A stretch of 64,000 nucleotides of DNA from Chrysemys picta bellii. Taxonomy: Eukaryota. Under the pieces are notes generated by a model that had not been told where the DNA came from, searched no databases, and saw only the letters and a program-made list of their open reading frames with translations. Numbering within the stretch: the first letter of the stretch is position 1; each line of letters opens with the position of its first letter. Below are positions 10,326-21,998 of this stretch, in pieces. The position numbers and the translations under genes were made by a program. Location of the stretch: NCBI RefSeq assembly GCF_011386835.1, contig NC_088795.1, positions 144,026,001 through 144,090,000 on the forward strand, given 5' to 3'.

Positions 10326-11880
10326 ATGGCCCCGTACCGCATCCGGCAGTACGAGGACGGTGACTACGAGGCCGTGTGCACCATGTTCGGCCATGGGGTT
10401 ATGGAGCACACTCCTGCTGCGTTCATCTACATGCTGAAGTGTCCCCAGACCCAGCTGCACTTCCTGGGCCTGTTCCTGGTGGTGCTCGCGGCCTCCGGGT
10501 CCCTCCTGGTCTCCCTTCTGGCTCTCCTGCTCGCTCTCACTGGGGCCTGGTTTTGCATCTGGTCTCTCTGGACCGATTACATCCAGCAGTCTCTTCACAA
10601 CAACCTACTGGACATCCGGAGAACCTACCTGGAGGCAGCAGACTCTTGTCTCTGGGTGGCAGGGGCTGAGGGGGCGGTGGTGGGTGCGGTGGGGGCTGTC
10701 CTGCCGGAGTTCCCCTCAGAAAGGGGGCACGCCCTGGAACTAAAGCGTATGTCCGTGGAGAGGTATTAGGGGGCTTATTCCTTCACCCTCTCACTTTCCT
10801 GGTCCTGCTTGCATGAACAGAGAGCAACAATACACGAAGTCCGAAGATGCAAACAATTCAATGTTTATAGGGATGAACTTCCAGCAAGCAAGTTGATTCC
10901 AGTTTCCTTCCTCAGCTCTGACACCACAGAGCCTTGCCTGTGTCCCTGTTCCCATCCCCTGTTCCCATTCCCCCCACCTTACTTCCTGATTGACTGCAGA
11001 CTATATAGTAAAACTTGAGTTCTGTTTAGCTATACCTTAACCAATCATTTTCCTGAAATGTAACTAACCAATCCTAACATACTGTAACATGGTTATTTAA
11101 CCAATTATATCCCACCACCTTAATTGGTTTACACCCAACAAAATTAATTATACAGCAGACAGAAACAATCACAGAACCAGACAGAGATTATACAGACAAA
11201 CAATAGGGAAGTGGAGACTACAGTGATAGAACAATACAGAAATGAGGATTTGACATCCCAGCTATTGATAAGTGAGTTCTTGCCAGACAGGATCCAATCA
11301 AACTAAGTTTCCTTTTACATCTTCTAGGCTCTTCCCTTTCTCTGGAGGTGATGGGAATATCAGGACAGGATTGTATTCCTAACAGCCCAATAGCACCTTA
11401 TTTCCATGTGACTGGTTTGGAATGTGAGGATATGACCGTTCACTTCCCAGTTTATGGCTGCCTCTGCTGCTTAGCCGAAGGCCTTAGCCTAAGAACCAGG
11501 CCTCAGACTGTCCCTTACACAGACAGACAGTGATTTTGATTCTTTCTTTTATACCTCTATAACTAGCTTAGTGATAAAAATACACCTAAATTCTTAAAGT
11601 GTAGGTCTTTGCAGACAGGCCTGAATATCTCTATCCTAACAGGAGGGAGCACCGGGGCCGGGGCATCACCAGGGCGCTCTGCAGGACGGTCATCCGCTTC
11701 GCCCAGGAACGCAGGTACAGTGCAGTCGTGCTCTCCACCTCCATGGTTCACTACTCGGCCCAGCAGCTGTACGAGAGCATGGGCTTCCGGAGGGTCTCGC
11801 AGAGGTCCCCATCGCTCCTCACCAGCTTCCTGCAGTTCTCCGTCTTCTATTACCGATACGAGATTCCAGGGTCTCGCTGA
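10326..11880 (+). CDS. NAT8: NAT8/camello-like N-acetyltransferase copy 1, LTR-interrupted; either truncated (147 aa) or spliced 10326-10762 + 11643-11880 (224 aa)
   Basis: Both halves are open and colinear with copies 2 and 3; a GT...AG junction restores frame. Confidence 0.8.
10764..11641 (-). mobile_element. Solo LTR (family F), antisense inside NAT8 copy 1 CDS
   Basis: TATTAGG...CCTAACA ends; TSD AGAGG/GGAGG; CCAAT and TATA-like motifs read on the minus strand; absent from copies 2 and 3. Confidence 0.92.
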
Positions 11881-11989
11881 AGGCTCAGGGGGGGCGATTC
11901 TTCCCCTGCCTGCTCAGCCGCTGGGAGCTTTGCCTGGCTTGTTAATTAACTCCCAGCAAGTTGCTACTTTTTTACCTTTTGGGTTAAAA

Positions 11990-11995
11990 AATAAA
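11990..11995 (+). terminator. Polyadenylation signal, NAT8 copy 1
   Basis: AATAAA about 110 nt after the stop; conserved in all three copies. Confidence 0.65.
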
Positions 11996-13574
11996 CTGAG
12001 CTTGGAGGAAAAGTCTCACGTGCGTGACACTGTTCTTGTGCTGGCTTGGGATTATTGTTCCCCCAGGGGCTCCCCCTTCCCCACAGCCACCTGGGTCCCC
12101 TGGATCTGAACTTCACCCCTGGAGCTGAGCCGGCCGGGATCAGACTCACCCACATTTGCTCAGTGGTTCCTAGATGGTCCCGGACCCCTAAAGAACCAGG
12201 CGACCCTGGCAAGGAAACCTCCGTGAAGGTTCATTTGAATTTTCACCCACTCTTCTTTGACACGTTCGTGTCTCATTCCTGTCACCCACAGAAATGTCCA
12301 ATCCTTGGATCTTGCCAATTTCTTCACCCCCCACAACATCCAGTAGCAGTGAGTTCCACAGGCTGGCTATGTGTTGTGTGGAAAAGGCAATTCCTTTGCT
12401 AAGTTTACAATGTCCCACCTTTCGCTTTCGCTGGCTGTCCCCTTGTTGGTGTATCCTGAGACAAGGAGAACAGAAGCGCTGGATCTTCGTTCTGTAGCCC
12501 ATTCGTTCTTTTATTCATGTTGAGCACATCACCTTAGAAAGGAGATGGATAAGAGTGAACAAGCCCAGGCTCGTTGATCTCTTCATGGGACAGTTTTTTC
12601 CAGGCCCTTGTTGGTCCCCGTTGCCCTCCTCTGAACCCGCTAGTTGTGCAATGTCCTTTCGGAGCCGGACCCTATCCAGATCGACCTCTCTTTGCTGGCC
12701 CATGTGGGCCGGGCACGTGGCAGCCCTGGGTGCACATGCTCACTTGCTCTTGCTTCTCGCAGCCCAGAGTCCTCGGCACCTCCCCGACAGCCCCGCTCGC
12801 TCACCCGTGTCCAGGCAGTGCGAGGTGTCTCGATTGCAGCAGCAGCCGTGGCAGGAGACGAGCGAGGGTGTGAACGCCCCGCTTGGCCGGAGCACACAAC
12901 TCTGTCTGGGGGTTCGTGTCCTCAGCGCTATGGGCACAGCTGGGCGGCTGGTTCCCAGGGCAGTCGACGGAGACGTGCTAGCTCTGATTTGAGCTGGCGG
13001 GCTAAAAGTAGCCGTGTGGCTGCAGTAGCTCAGGCTAGCCGGCTGGGCACATACCCAGGGGAGGGCAGCTGAGACTGGACGTGGGCGGCTAGCCAGAGCT
13101 ATGGGTCTCCTAGAGCGGCATGACCCCAATGGCCTGGTGTGCCAGTGCCATGCAGCACCCCAGAGCCCCCACACCACACAGGGGCTGGGAGGTGCCAATC
13201 CGTTGGGGTCCTCGGCTGGGTGGTGCCGCCCAGGGGGAAAGCCCTGCACTCTTGTCACCAGACAGCAGCCAGGATTCTGTAGGATCAGATTCTCCCCAGG
13301 GACTCCTGCAGCCGCTGAGCCGGGCCCCAGGGGCTGGTGGAGAGCAGGCCCCGCAGCGGGAGGAATGCCTGGTTTTAATCCTGTCCAGCTCAAGGCTGCA
13401 CGGTGCAATGGTTAGGGCGCTAGCTTCGGATTGGGGCGATGCCAGTGCTATGCCCTGCTCCGCCACAGCCTGCCTGGGTGCCCTAGGGCCAGTCACTTAG
13501 CCGCTCTGTGCCTCAGTCCCTGACTGTGCTGGGGCGAGCAGCCCTGCCTTGCCTACAACGGGGTGTGAGGACAG

Positions 13575-13867
13575 AGATGCTATTATTAAAGGGAAATCAT
13601 GCCTCACCAATCTACTAGAATTCATTGAGGTGCTCAACAAGCATGTGGAAAAAGGGGATCCAGTGGATATTGTGTACTTAGATTTTCAGAAGGCCTTTGA
13701 CAAGGTCCCTCAAAGGCTCTTACGCAAAGTGAGCTGCCGTGGGATAAGAGGGAAGGTCCTCTCCTGGACTGGTAACTGGTTAAAAGATAGGAAACAAAGG
13801 GTAGGAATAAATGGTCAGTTTTCAGAGTGGAGAGAGGTAAATGGTGGTGTTCCCCAGCAGTCTGTAC
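13575..13867 (+). mobile_element. CR1 LINE RT fragment
   Basis: [12 protein letters not shown]...[12 protein letters not shown]...GVPQ. Confidence 0.9.
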
Positions 13868-13869
13868 TG

Positions 13870-15734
13870 CCCCCCCCCCTCAGGTTGGGCTTGCTTCCAG
13901 CTATACAGTTCTTGGGGTCTGTTTCCACTGTAGCAGTCACCAGGACCCCAACTTCCATCTCCAGGATCCATGTCTCTGTGCCCCTCTTCCACTCCATAAC
14001 AGCCAGTTCCTGCTTCTGGGTCTCTATTTGTGCTTCTCTCTGGGCCTCAACTGCTTTGTCTTTTAAGTTCAGGGTTTGCTGGTGGGCAGCCATTTGTCTC
14101 GCTGCTTCTACCTCCATGGCAGCCTTTTCCTGGGCAAACTGCACGTCAATTTCCATTTATCTCCCCTTGAGACTGTCACTCGATGGGCTGGGATACCACA
14201 GAGAACCCCCTCATGTCAGAACAGGCGTCCCTACACTCCTGTCAGCACAGACCCAGAGGTTGGGCCACACCCGTCTGCAGTTCACTGGAACTGAGATTCA
14301 CTCAGCCCAGGGGCTTCTCAGTTAACAGGGACTTTCCCAGGGCCCAGTGTTCAGCCTTTCTGGGCAATCTGCAACCTGTGCAGTTCCAGCTTCTTCTGAA
14401 CTTCACTCTCACTCATATTGCTTCCTTTTCTGTCCCTATATCCCTCACCCGAAATAAGCAAACAGAAAATAACAAACCAGTAACCAGTTCATCTGCTCTC
14501 CGGCCACCACACTTAAAACTCACTTTAAATCACTACCAGTGTCTCAAAGCAATCAACTGTGCACAGATCCTGTTCGACTACACCATTGTGATGGGTTCAG
14601 TCACAGAGACCCCCTTGGCATTGCCACCTGATGTGCTGGGACTGCCTCCGAGCCCGTTTTCCCTGCCAGCTTGGGACTTCAGTACCCTGCCTGCTGGAGC
14701 CAGACACGCTAGCCTGCGGCAAACACAGACCCAAGTCTGAACCACGTCCCCCACAAGCTGCAGGCTTAACTGAAAACAGCTTAAGAAGTGCTCCTGTCTC
14801 CAGCACCCAGACACACAGCTCCCAATGGGGTCCAAACCCCAAATAAATCCATTTCACCCTGTATAAAGCTTATGCAGGGTAAACCCATAAATTGTCCGCC
14901 CTCTATAACACCGATAGAGAGATATGCACAGCTGTTTGCTCCCCCAGGTATTAATACTTGCTCAGGGTTAATTAATAAGCAAAAAGTGATTTTATTAAAT
15001 ATAAAAAGTAGGATTTAAGTGGTTCCAAGTAATAACAGACAGAACAAAGTAAATTACCAAGCAAAATAAAACAAAAACATGCAAGTCGAAGCCTAATACA
15101 TTAATAAACTGATTACAGATGAAATCTCACCCTCAGAGATGTTCCAATAAGCTTCTACCACAGACCAGACTCCTTCCTAGTCTGGGCCCAATCCTTTCCC
15201 CTGGTACAGTCCTTGTTCCAGCTCAGGTGGTAGCTAGGGGATTTCTCATGACTGCAGCCCCCTTTGTTCTGTTCCACCCCCTTATATGGCTTTGGCCCAA
15301 GGCGGGAATCTTTTTTCTCTTTGGGTCCCCATCCCTCCTTCTAAATGGAAAAGTACCAGGTTTAAGATGGATTCCAGTACCAGGTGACTTGGTCACATGT
15401 CCTGTGAGACCCCCAAGCCTTCATTCTTCCCGACCTGTCTCACAGGAAGGCCTGCAAGTAAACAGAGCCTCTACAGTCAATTGTCCTGTTTGATGGGCGC
15501 CATCAAGATTCTAAACCACCATTAATGACCCACACTTTGCATAACTACAATAGGACCACAGAGGTATACTTCATATTCCTAGTTATAGATACAAGAGTGA
15601 TACATTTACACAAATAGGATGAACACACTCAGTAGATTATAAGCTTTGTAATGGTCCCTTACGAGAGACCTTTTGCATGAAGCATATTCCAGTTACATCA
15701 TATTCACTCATTAGCATATTTTCATAACATCACA
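13870..15734 (-). mobile_element. Truncated Gypsy element: 5' LTR (family E, 14587-15734), PBS (14570-14585), gag coiled-coil N-terminus
   Basis: TG...CA LTR; PBS TGGTGTAGTCGAACAG resembles the complement of the tRNA-Ser 3' end; ORF 13815-14156 is coiled-coil-like. Confidence 0.8.
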
Positions 15735-16619
15735 TGAAGTGCAAGTCACACTTATGTTCTATACTAAAGGGTGGGAGGTGCCCAGACACCAGCGCAATGG
15801 GGACCAGCTGAGGATCCTAGACAGGGCCAGCCCCAAACCTCGCGGGAGGCGGAAGCAGGCAATGCCAGCACCCCGCAGGGGCTGCGAAGCGAGGGCAAAG
15901 GTGCTTCACCCACCTCCGGGCAGCATGCACAGGGGCAGGGGGCTGCAGGGGCGCCAGGTGGCTGCTGATACACCAACGAGCTGGGCCCAGACGAGCCCGG
16001 GAGCGTGGTGGCTCTGCTTTACCCCCGTGCGTCCCATCGAGGTCAATGGGAGTTAGGCACCCAACCGGTTTAACCTTTGTAAACATGCCCCGGTGTTACA
16101 GCAGCACACTATGATCCTGCAGACATCCCCGCCCGGAGCTCAGGAGAGCGGCTGGGGGGCTGGCTACGGGCGCAGGAGTCGAGGGGCTACGCCCACCACG
16201 GCTGGCTCAGCGGGGAGCAAAGGAGGGACTTGAAACCCGGGTTCAAACCGTGAAGCTGGCACGTGCACCCCTCCCCCCTCCTTCCACTGGATGAGGTGCT
16301 GGCCCATGGGCCTCCCAGCCCCAGCCCCCTAAAGGCAGGCAGGGTTCAAAGCCAGGGTGGGGTTGAGCTGTTCCCAACACAGTCCCTGCCCCTGGCAAAA
16401 TGCATCCTGCCCCCTGAGGCCCCTGGAGCTATATGATTCGGCCCATGGCATCCAATTCAACCCCTGCTTTCACGCCGTTCGCTTCAGCAAGCCTCGGGCA
16501 TCTTGGGGGCGCAGGGGCTCGTTCTGGTCAGAATTTCAGGGGCACAGGGATGGATCTGGGCATAGCTTGCCCAGCCTTGCCGAGCCAGTGTGCAACCCGT
16601 AAATCGCCAGGCAGGCATT

Positions 16620-16890
16620 GGCAGAGCTCGGGCGGAACCCAGGGCTGGGCTAGCAGGGGCTGTGGGTCGGGAGTGAGGGGCACTGGCAGAGCTGGGGGGG
16701 AGCCCAGGGCTGGGCTAGCAGGGGCTGTGGGTCGGGAGTGAGGGGCACCGGCAGAGCTGGGGGGAGCCCAGGGCTGGGCTAGCAGGGGCTGTGGGTCGGG
16801 AGTGAGGGGTCCTGGCAGAGCTGGGGGGAGCCCAGGGCTGGGCTAGCAGGGGCTGTGGGTCGGGAGTGAGGGGCACCGGCAGAGCTGAGG
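16620..16890 (+). repeat. About 60-bp GC-rich satellite, 4-5 units
   Basis: Repeated GGGGAGCCCAGGGCTGGGCTAGCAGGGGCTGTGGGTCGGGAGTGAGGGGCAC. Confidence 0.85.
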
Positions 16891-16966
16891 CGTGGGGGCT
16901 GTTTCAGTTCTCTCTCTCCACGGCTGTAACCTGGGCTCTTTGCTCCATGTGTCCTCGGTGCCAAGC

Positions 16967-18046
16967 TGTGACGTTATTGACATAAACTGGGACCATATAG
17001 ATCATTGTTGCAACCAAGGTCCTGTAGTGGCACCCAAATCTTGTATAAAGGGGGTCAAATGGGGTGTCTAAGACAAGGTTATGGTTTACTGGTTATGATG
17101 ATGCTGTCTATATGTGTGTATCAGTTTTGTATTGAAGTTATGAATATTGGTTCTGTACTGTCTGTATGGCAAACTTATGCTATGCTGCTGGGTGACATCC
17201 CAGACAAGCTGGAATTAGCTCTGCCTAGCCTGCTTGATGGCCCATTAAGGACCATCAGCTATACAATGGACCCATTAAGAGAAGGCAAATATGCCTTGTA
17301 ACTCAGCAAAGTATGCAGGAACTGGCCCATGTGACTCCAGACTCCATTTTGCTGTAATTTTCCACAGTAAGAACAAAGAGGTGTTCTTACACCTGGAAAA
17401 GGCTATATAAGGCTGATGCCTCATCTCCATTTTGTCTTCAATCCTGCTTCATACCTCTGGAAGGACTTTGCTACAAACTGAAGCTTTGAACAAAGGACTG
17501 AGGACCCATCCCAGCTGGGGATGTATTCCAGAGACTTGATTTGAACCTGCAGTTTATTCTATCGCTGCTGCAAGCCTGAACCAAGAACTGTGCCATTACT
17601 GTATGTAATTGATTCCATTTAACCAATTCTAACTCTCATCTCTACCTTTTTCCTTTTATGAATAAACCTTTAGATTTTAGATTCTAAGGGATTGGCAACA
17701 GCGTGATTTGTGGGAAAGATCTGATTTGTATATTGACCTGGGTCTGGGGCTTGGTCCTTTGGGATCAGGAGAACCTTTTTTGTGTATATTGGGATATTGG
17801 TTTTCATAACCATTTGTCCCCATAACGAGTGGCACTGGTGGTGATACTGGGAAACTGAAGTGTCTAAGGGAATTGTTTGTGTGACTTGTGGTTAGCCAGT
17901 GGGGTGAAACCAAAGTCCTCTTTGCCTGGCTGGTTTGGTGCCTTAGAGGTGGAAAACCCCCAGCCTTGGGCTGTAACTACCCTGTTTAAGCAATTTGTCC
18001 TGAATTGGCACTCTCAGTTGGGTCCCGCCAGAACCGCATCATCACA
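16967..18046 (+). mobile_element. Solo LTR, family A
   Basis: TGTGA...TCACA, 5-bp TSD CAAGC; TATA-like motif near 17404, AATAAA near 17661. Confidence 0.95.
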
Positions 18047-18527
18047 CAAGCTGCCAGAGGCGCTGCCCAGGCCGGGGAGGAGAGAAGCCAAGAGCCCAAG
18101 GAACCAGGACCCCCCTTTCCTGGCACATCCTATTTCTCCTACTAGCTCAGCAGCGGAGCTCTCTCCTCCCGGTGATGCTGCACCAGCCCGGTCCAGCCCC
18201 CCCTTCCCCAGGCCTCGGAAGCTGCCACCTGGCACCAGAAGCCAGGCCCAGGCCGGGCGCCCGTCTCCTCAGGCCCAGCTCTGCTGGCAGGTACAATGGG
18301 TGGCGTGTTGGGCCCTATTGACACAGGGCCGTGGTGCTGGTCCGTACCTGGCTGCCGGTCGGTGGGCAGGACGCTGGGCCGGGGCTGTTTGCGTTAGCGA
18401 CGCTCCAGGGACTGGGCACAGAGCACCCGCAGTGCGCTGGGGTTCCCACCCGCTCCGTTTGTGTAGGAGCCAGGCTGGGCTGCCTGCCAGTGACTGAGAC
18501 TCTGTGCCCTCGGGTGGCAGAATGGGC
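18047..18527 (+). repeat. Distal block of duplication unit 1 (paralogue of about 35973-36450)
   Basis: Direct sequence match starting CTGCCAGAGGCGCTGCCCAGG. Confidence 0.85.
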
Positions 18528-21500
18528 GGGGGATCTCAATCCTTATGGTTTAAGGTTTCCCCGCTTGAATCCCAAAGCAGATCTGAGATGAAGAAGGATC
18601 GTGTCCCTGGGTTTTTATACATTTCCAGCAGCCTTTTGGCCTGAGAAAACAGTAGGCTCAACTTTCCTTCTCCTAAACATCATGACAATTAGCACAGGGT
18701 AATCTATCCATTAAACAGTTCAGATCCAGGTTACCACAACCTTCAAAGAGACATAGAGACAATAATACTATTTCCCTCAAGTGTCTTCCTAAATGTTAAT
18801 ATTCCTTTTTTGATCTTTGAATCAAAGCTATAGCAATAGACAAGACTTGTTTGCTTACATCACAAGCCCTGAGCAAACACCTCCCCTTCTATCTGTAACA
18901 ATGCGGCCTGCATTTCAAAGCTCCATTCATTTACCTGTCTTCCTAACCAGTCTCTACAGTTCAGCCATGGGTCAGGTCAGTCGGTGAGTTAATTAACTCT
19001 TTCTGGCCCTGTCACCTTTCAATGAGATATTATATTACACTCATAAGGTCACACCCCCAATGCAAAATTGATGCAGGAAGGGATGACAAACATCACTGAG
19101 TGCATCCCTAGAGCTCCCCATCTTAGGTTCTGTCTCACTAGGGCTTGTACTGGGTTAGAAGCCGTATTAGTGTATAACAGAAATGGTTTACCAAAGTCAT
19201 GTTCAATAACATGATTGAATCTCTTTACAAACTTAAGGTAAAACTTGGCTAGAACAATAGTGGATTGGATCTGCTCTTGCAGCATGGTTCCTGTATGTCT
19301 CATGTGATCTTGCCAAGAGCTAAAGAAAACAGCTACTTTATCCATACAAGCTCTGGCAAATGTCTGGAACCCAACTAACATTAAGTCAATGTAGATATTA
19401 ATGTTGTCCATAGTACGGGAATCTTGGCATTTAGCCATGAAAGCAATAAGCTAGCGTGCCTCAGTTTCCCTTCTTATACAGGGCATTAGGTCTGGAATGT
19501 CTTTTCTCCTGTGAAAAGTTCCAATACTGTTTACAGGCACTAACAGTCAACATCAGTATTACAAGGCCTTTTAACATAAGGTGTGTTCTTATGTATCACT
19601 TTCAACATGTTCAAGGGATTTTCCAAAAGATTAGGCACATTGTACATTTTTACAGTTCTTGGTAATAGTGACACATTAGTTAAAAAATTACCATTAGCAA
19701 GAGCAACAAATCCATTGAAAGTGTCCATTTGCAGTCATGTTTGTCATGCCACACCTTTGACTCAATACCATTGGCGTTTTGGGGTTTTAGGACTATCCTG
19801 TGGCTTCCCTTTGCAAAATTCAGTTTACTCTTTCCTCCTTGTCCGGAAGGATCAAAGTCTGATTTCTTTTGCTTAACAGAATTCACTGGCTGATTGGGTG
19901 TGCTCTCTTTGCTAATAGCTATTAGCAAATCTTTCTTCTCCCTGCCACCCAGGTAATTTGCAAATTTTCAGCTGCTTCCAATTTCAAGGCTCGTCTTAAA
20001 GAGAGACCACACGAATCCAAAGAGTCTGAGGGTGAGAGTTGGCTTGCTCTCCCCAACAGCCTTAAGCATTCAGCCATAAAACTGTTCTGCTCTGAAACAC
20101 CAGTAACCAAATCTGTCCTCAGACCCTGAAGCACAGACTGCTCACACACAGAATTAGCATGGAGACAGTCCTATTCCAACACCATTGTCTTCCCAACAAG
20201 CTGGCCACACACAGCCACTTGGTTATAGGGCTGCTCAACTTTCTTAACAGCTTTTACTCCATCTGAGACCTTCTCAGAGCTACCCACACTGGATCTCTCA
20301 AAAGGAAAGTCAGTGGATCCATTCACAAGAGAAAATTTCTGGGTGTTAGGAACTGAAACTTCCTGGATTAAATCACTTTTAAACCCTTTAGCTGTAGCAA
20401 GCTGCTTGCACAGATTACCATGAGGATTCCTTTCCCTAGGAGCTTTTCTAAGCCACAGTTCACCCCTCACAGAAATTCTGCTCTTACCCTTCCTTGAGCA
20501 ACAACAGACTCTTTTTGGGTCTTACTCACATCCATGATCACCTTCGTCCCATCAGGCAGATTTCTACACAATCCCCTTGCAGACAAACTCATAGACTCAC
20601 TAGATAAAAGGTTAGAAGCATTCTCCTTCCCTTTGCCACACACACAAGTTCAGGAATCTTTCCTTCTTGCTACAAGTTGTCAAACCATCAGTGGGTAACA
20701 CAATTAAATCACCTTCTTGCTCTCTTTGTGCCCTGGCTAGGATATCACCCTGATTAGACAGAGTTGCTACATCCTTTTCCAACCACACATTAGCAATAGG
20801 CCGAATACAAGCACCAGAATTGTCTGGTCTCTGGGATTTCGCCATGACACTAACCGGATGCCACCTAGTTACAGTTCCATTCTCCCCAGCAGACACAAAC
20901 TTACGACCATTCCCTTCTGGGCTTTAGTTGAATCCAGAACCAACTCTGAGACAACTGAATCACCCTCGACCAACACAGTCTGCTTCACAGACAAAGAAGA
21001 GCCGGAGACACCTTCTCCTTTACCAGACACAGCTTGGGATTTCATTTCCCTTGTCCCAGCGCACAGGCCTGTTCACAGACAACTGCTTGGAGACCGAGGT
21101 AGCTTCCTCCATAGGCAAGTCAATACCCCTGACAGACACAGGCACATTTCCTCCACTGTCACAATTCTCCACACAGGTAACAGGTAAGGGATAGGGACAC
21201 TCATTTTCCACTCTCCTTGCCTTCCCAAACTGCTGACTAGACAAAGCCATCAGCTCACAAGGCTGCCTGGGCTCATCCAAACTTTTCTTATTCTCCTCTC
21301 CCTTCGCTTGATCTAATTTCAGATTTGCTTCTGAGACATTAGACAGACATTCAGAAACGTCATTCATAGCCAAATAGCTCTCTTGCATAGACAACAATTT
21401 GGAGACACCCTCCCCAGGCAAATCATTGCCATAACAGACACAGGTTTAAGCTCATTCCTTTCCTGTGATTGGCTACCTGGACTGAACAGAGCTTTAACAT

Positions 21501-21998
21501 CTTCCCCAATCAAAAGATCCTTAGGCAATAACTTCCTTACACCAGCTATATAACTTCATGCTTCGTACCATTCCATTCAAGGTGGATTCTGGCTAAAGAC
21601 ACGCGTACAGTAAACTCATAGGCCTTGTCTACACTACGAGAGTAGTTCGATTTTACTTGCATCGAATTTTTGTAATCGATATTGCAAAGTCGAACGTGTG
21701 TGTCCACACTAAGGACAGTAATTCGACTTTGTGCGTCCACACTAACGGTGATAGCGTCGACATTCGAAGCGGTGCACTGTGGTCAGCTATCCCACAGTTC
21801 CCGCAGTCCCCTCTGCCCATTGGAATTCTGGGTGTAGCCGGCAATGCCTTCTGGGTAACAAAATGAGTCGAGGGTGCTTTTGGGAAACTGTCGTCATCCG
21901 TCCATCACTCCCGCCCTCCCTCCCTGAAAGCGCCGGCGGGAAAACAGTTCGCGCGCTTTTCCAGTCATTGACAGCGCGGACGCCACTGTACTCCGAGC

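Larger units (their letters stand above)
7651..13867 (+). repeat. NAT8 duplication unit 1 (paralogous to about 28777-35660)
   Basis: Colinear similarity to unit 2 apart from deletions and private LTR insertions. Confidence 0.88.

Noticed and set aside
19400-21620. Retroviral env gene
   Set aside because: No signal peptide, furin site or transmembrane segment seen, and it lies upstream of the RT remnants.
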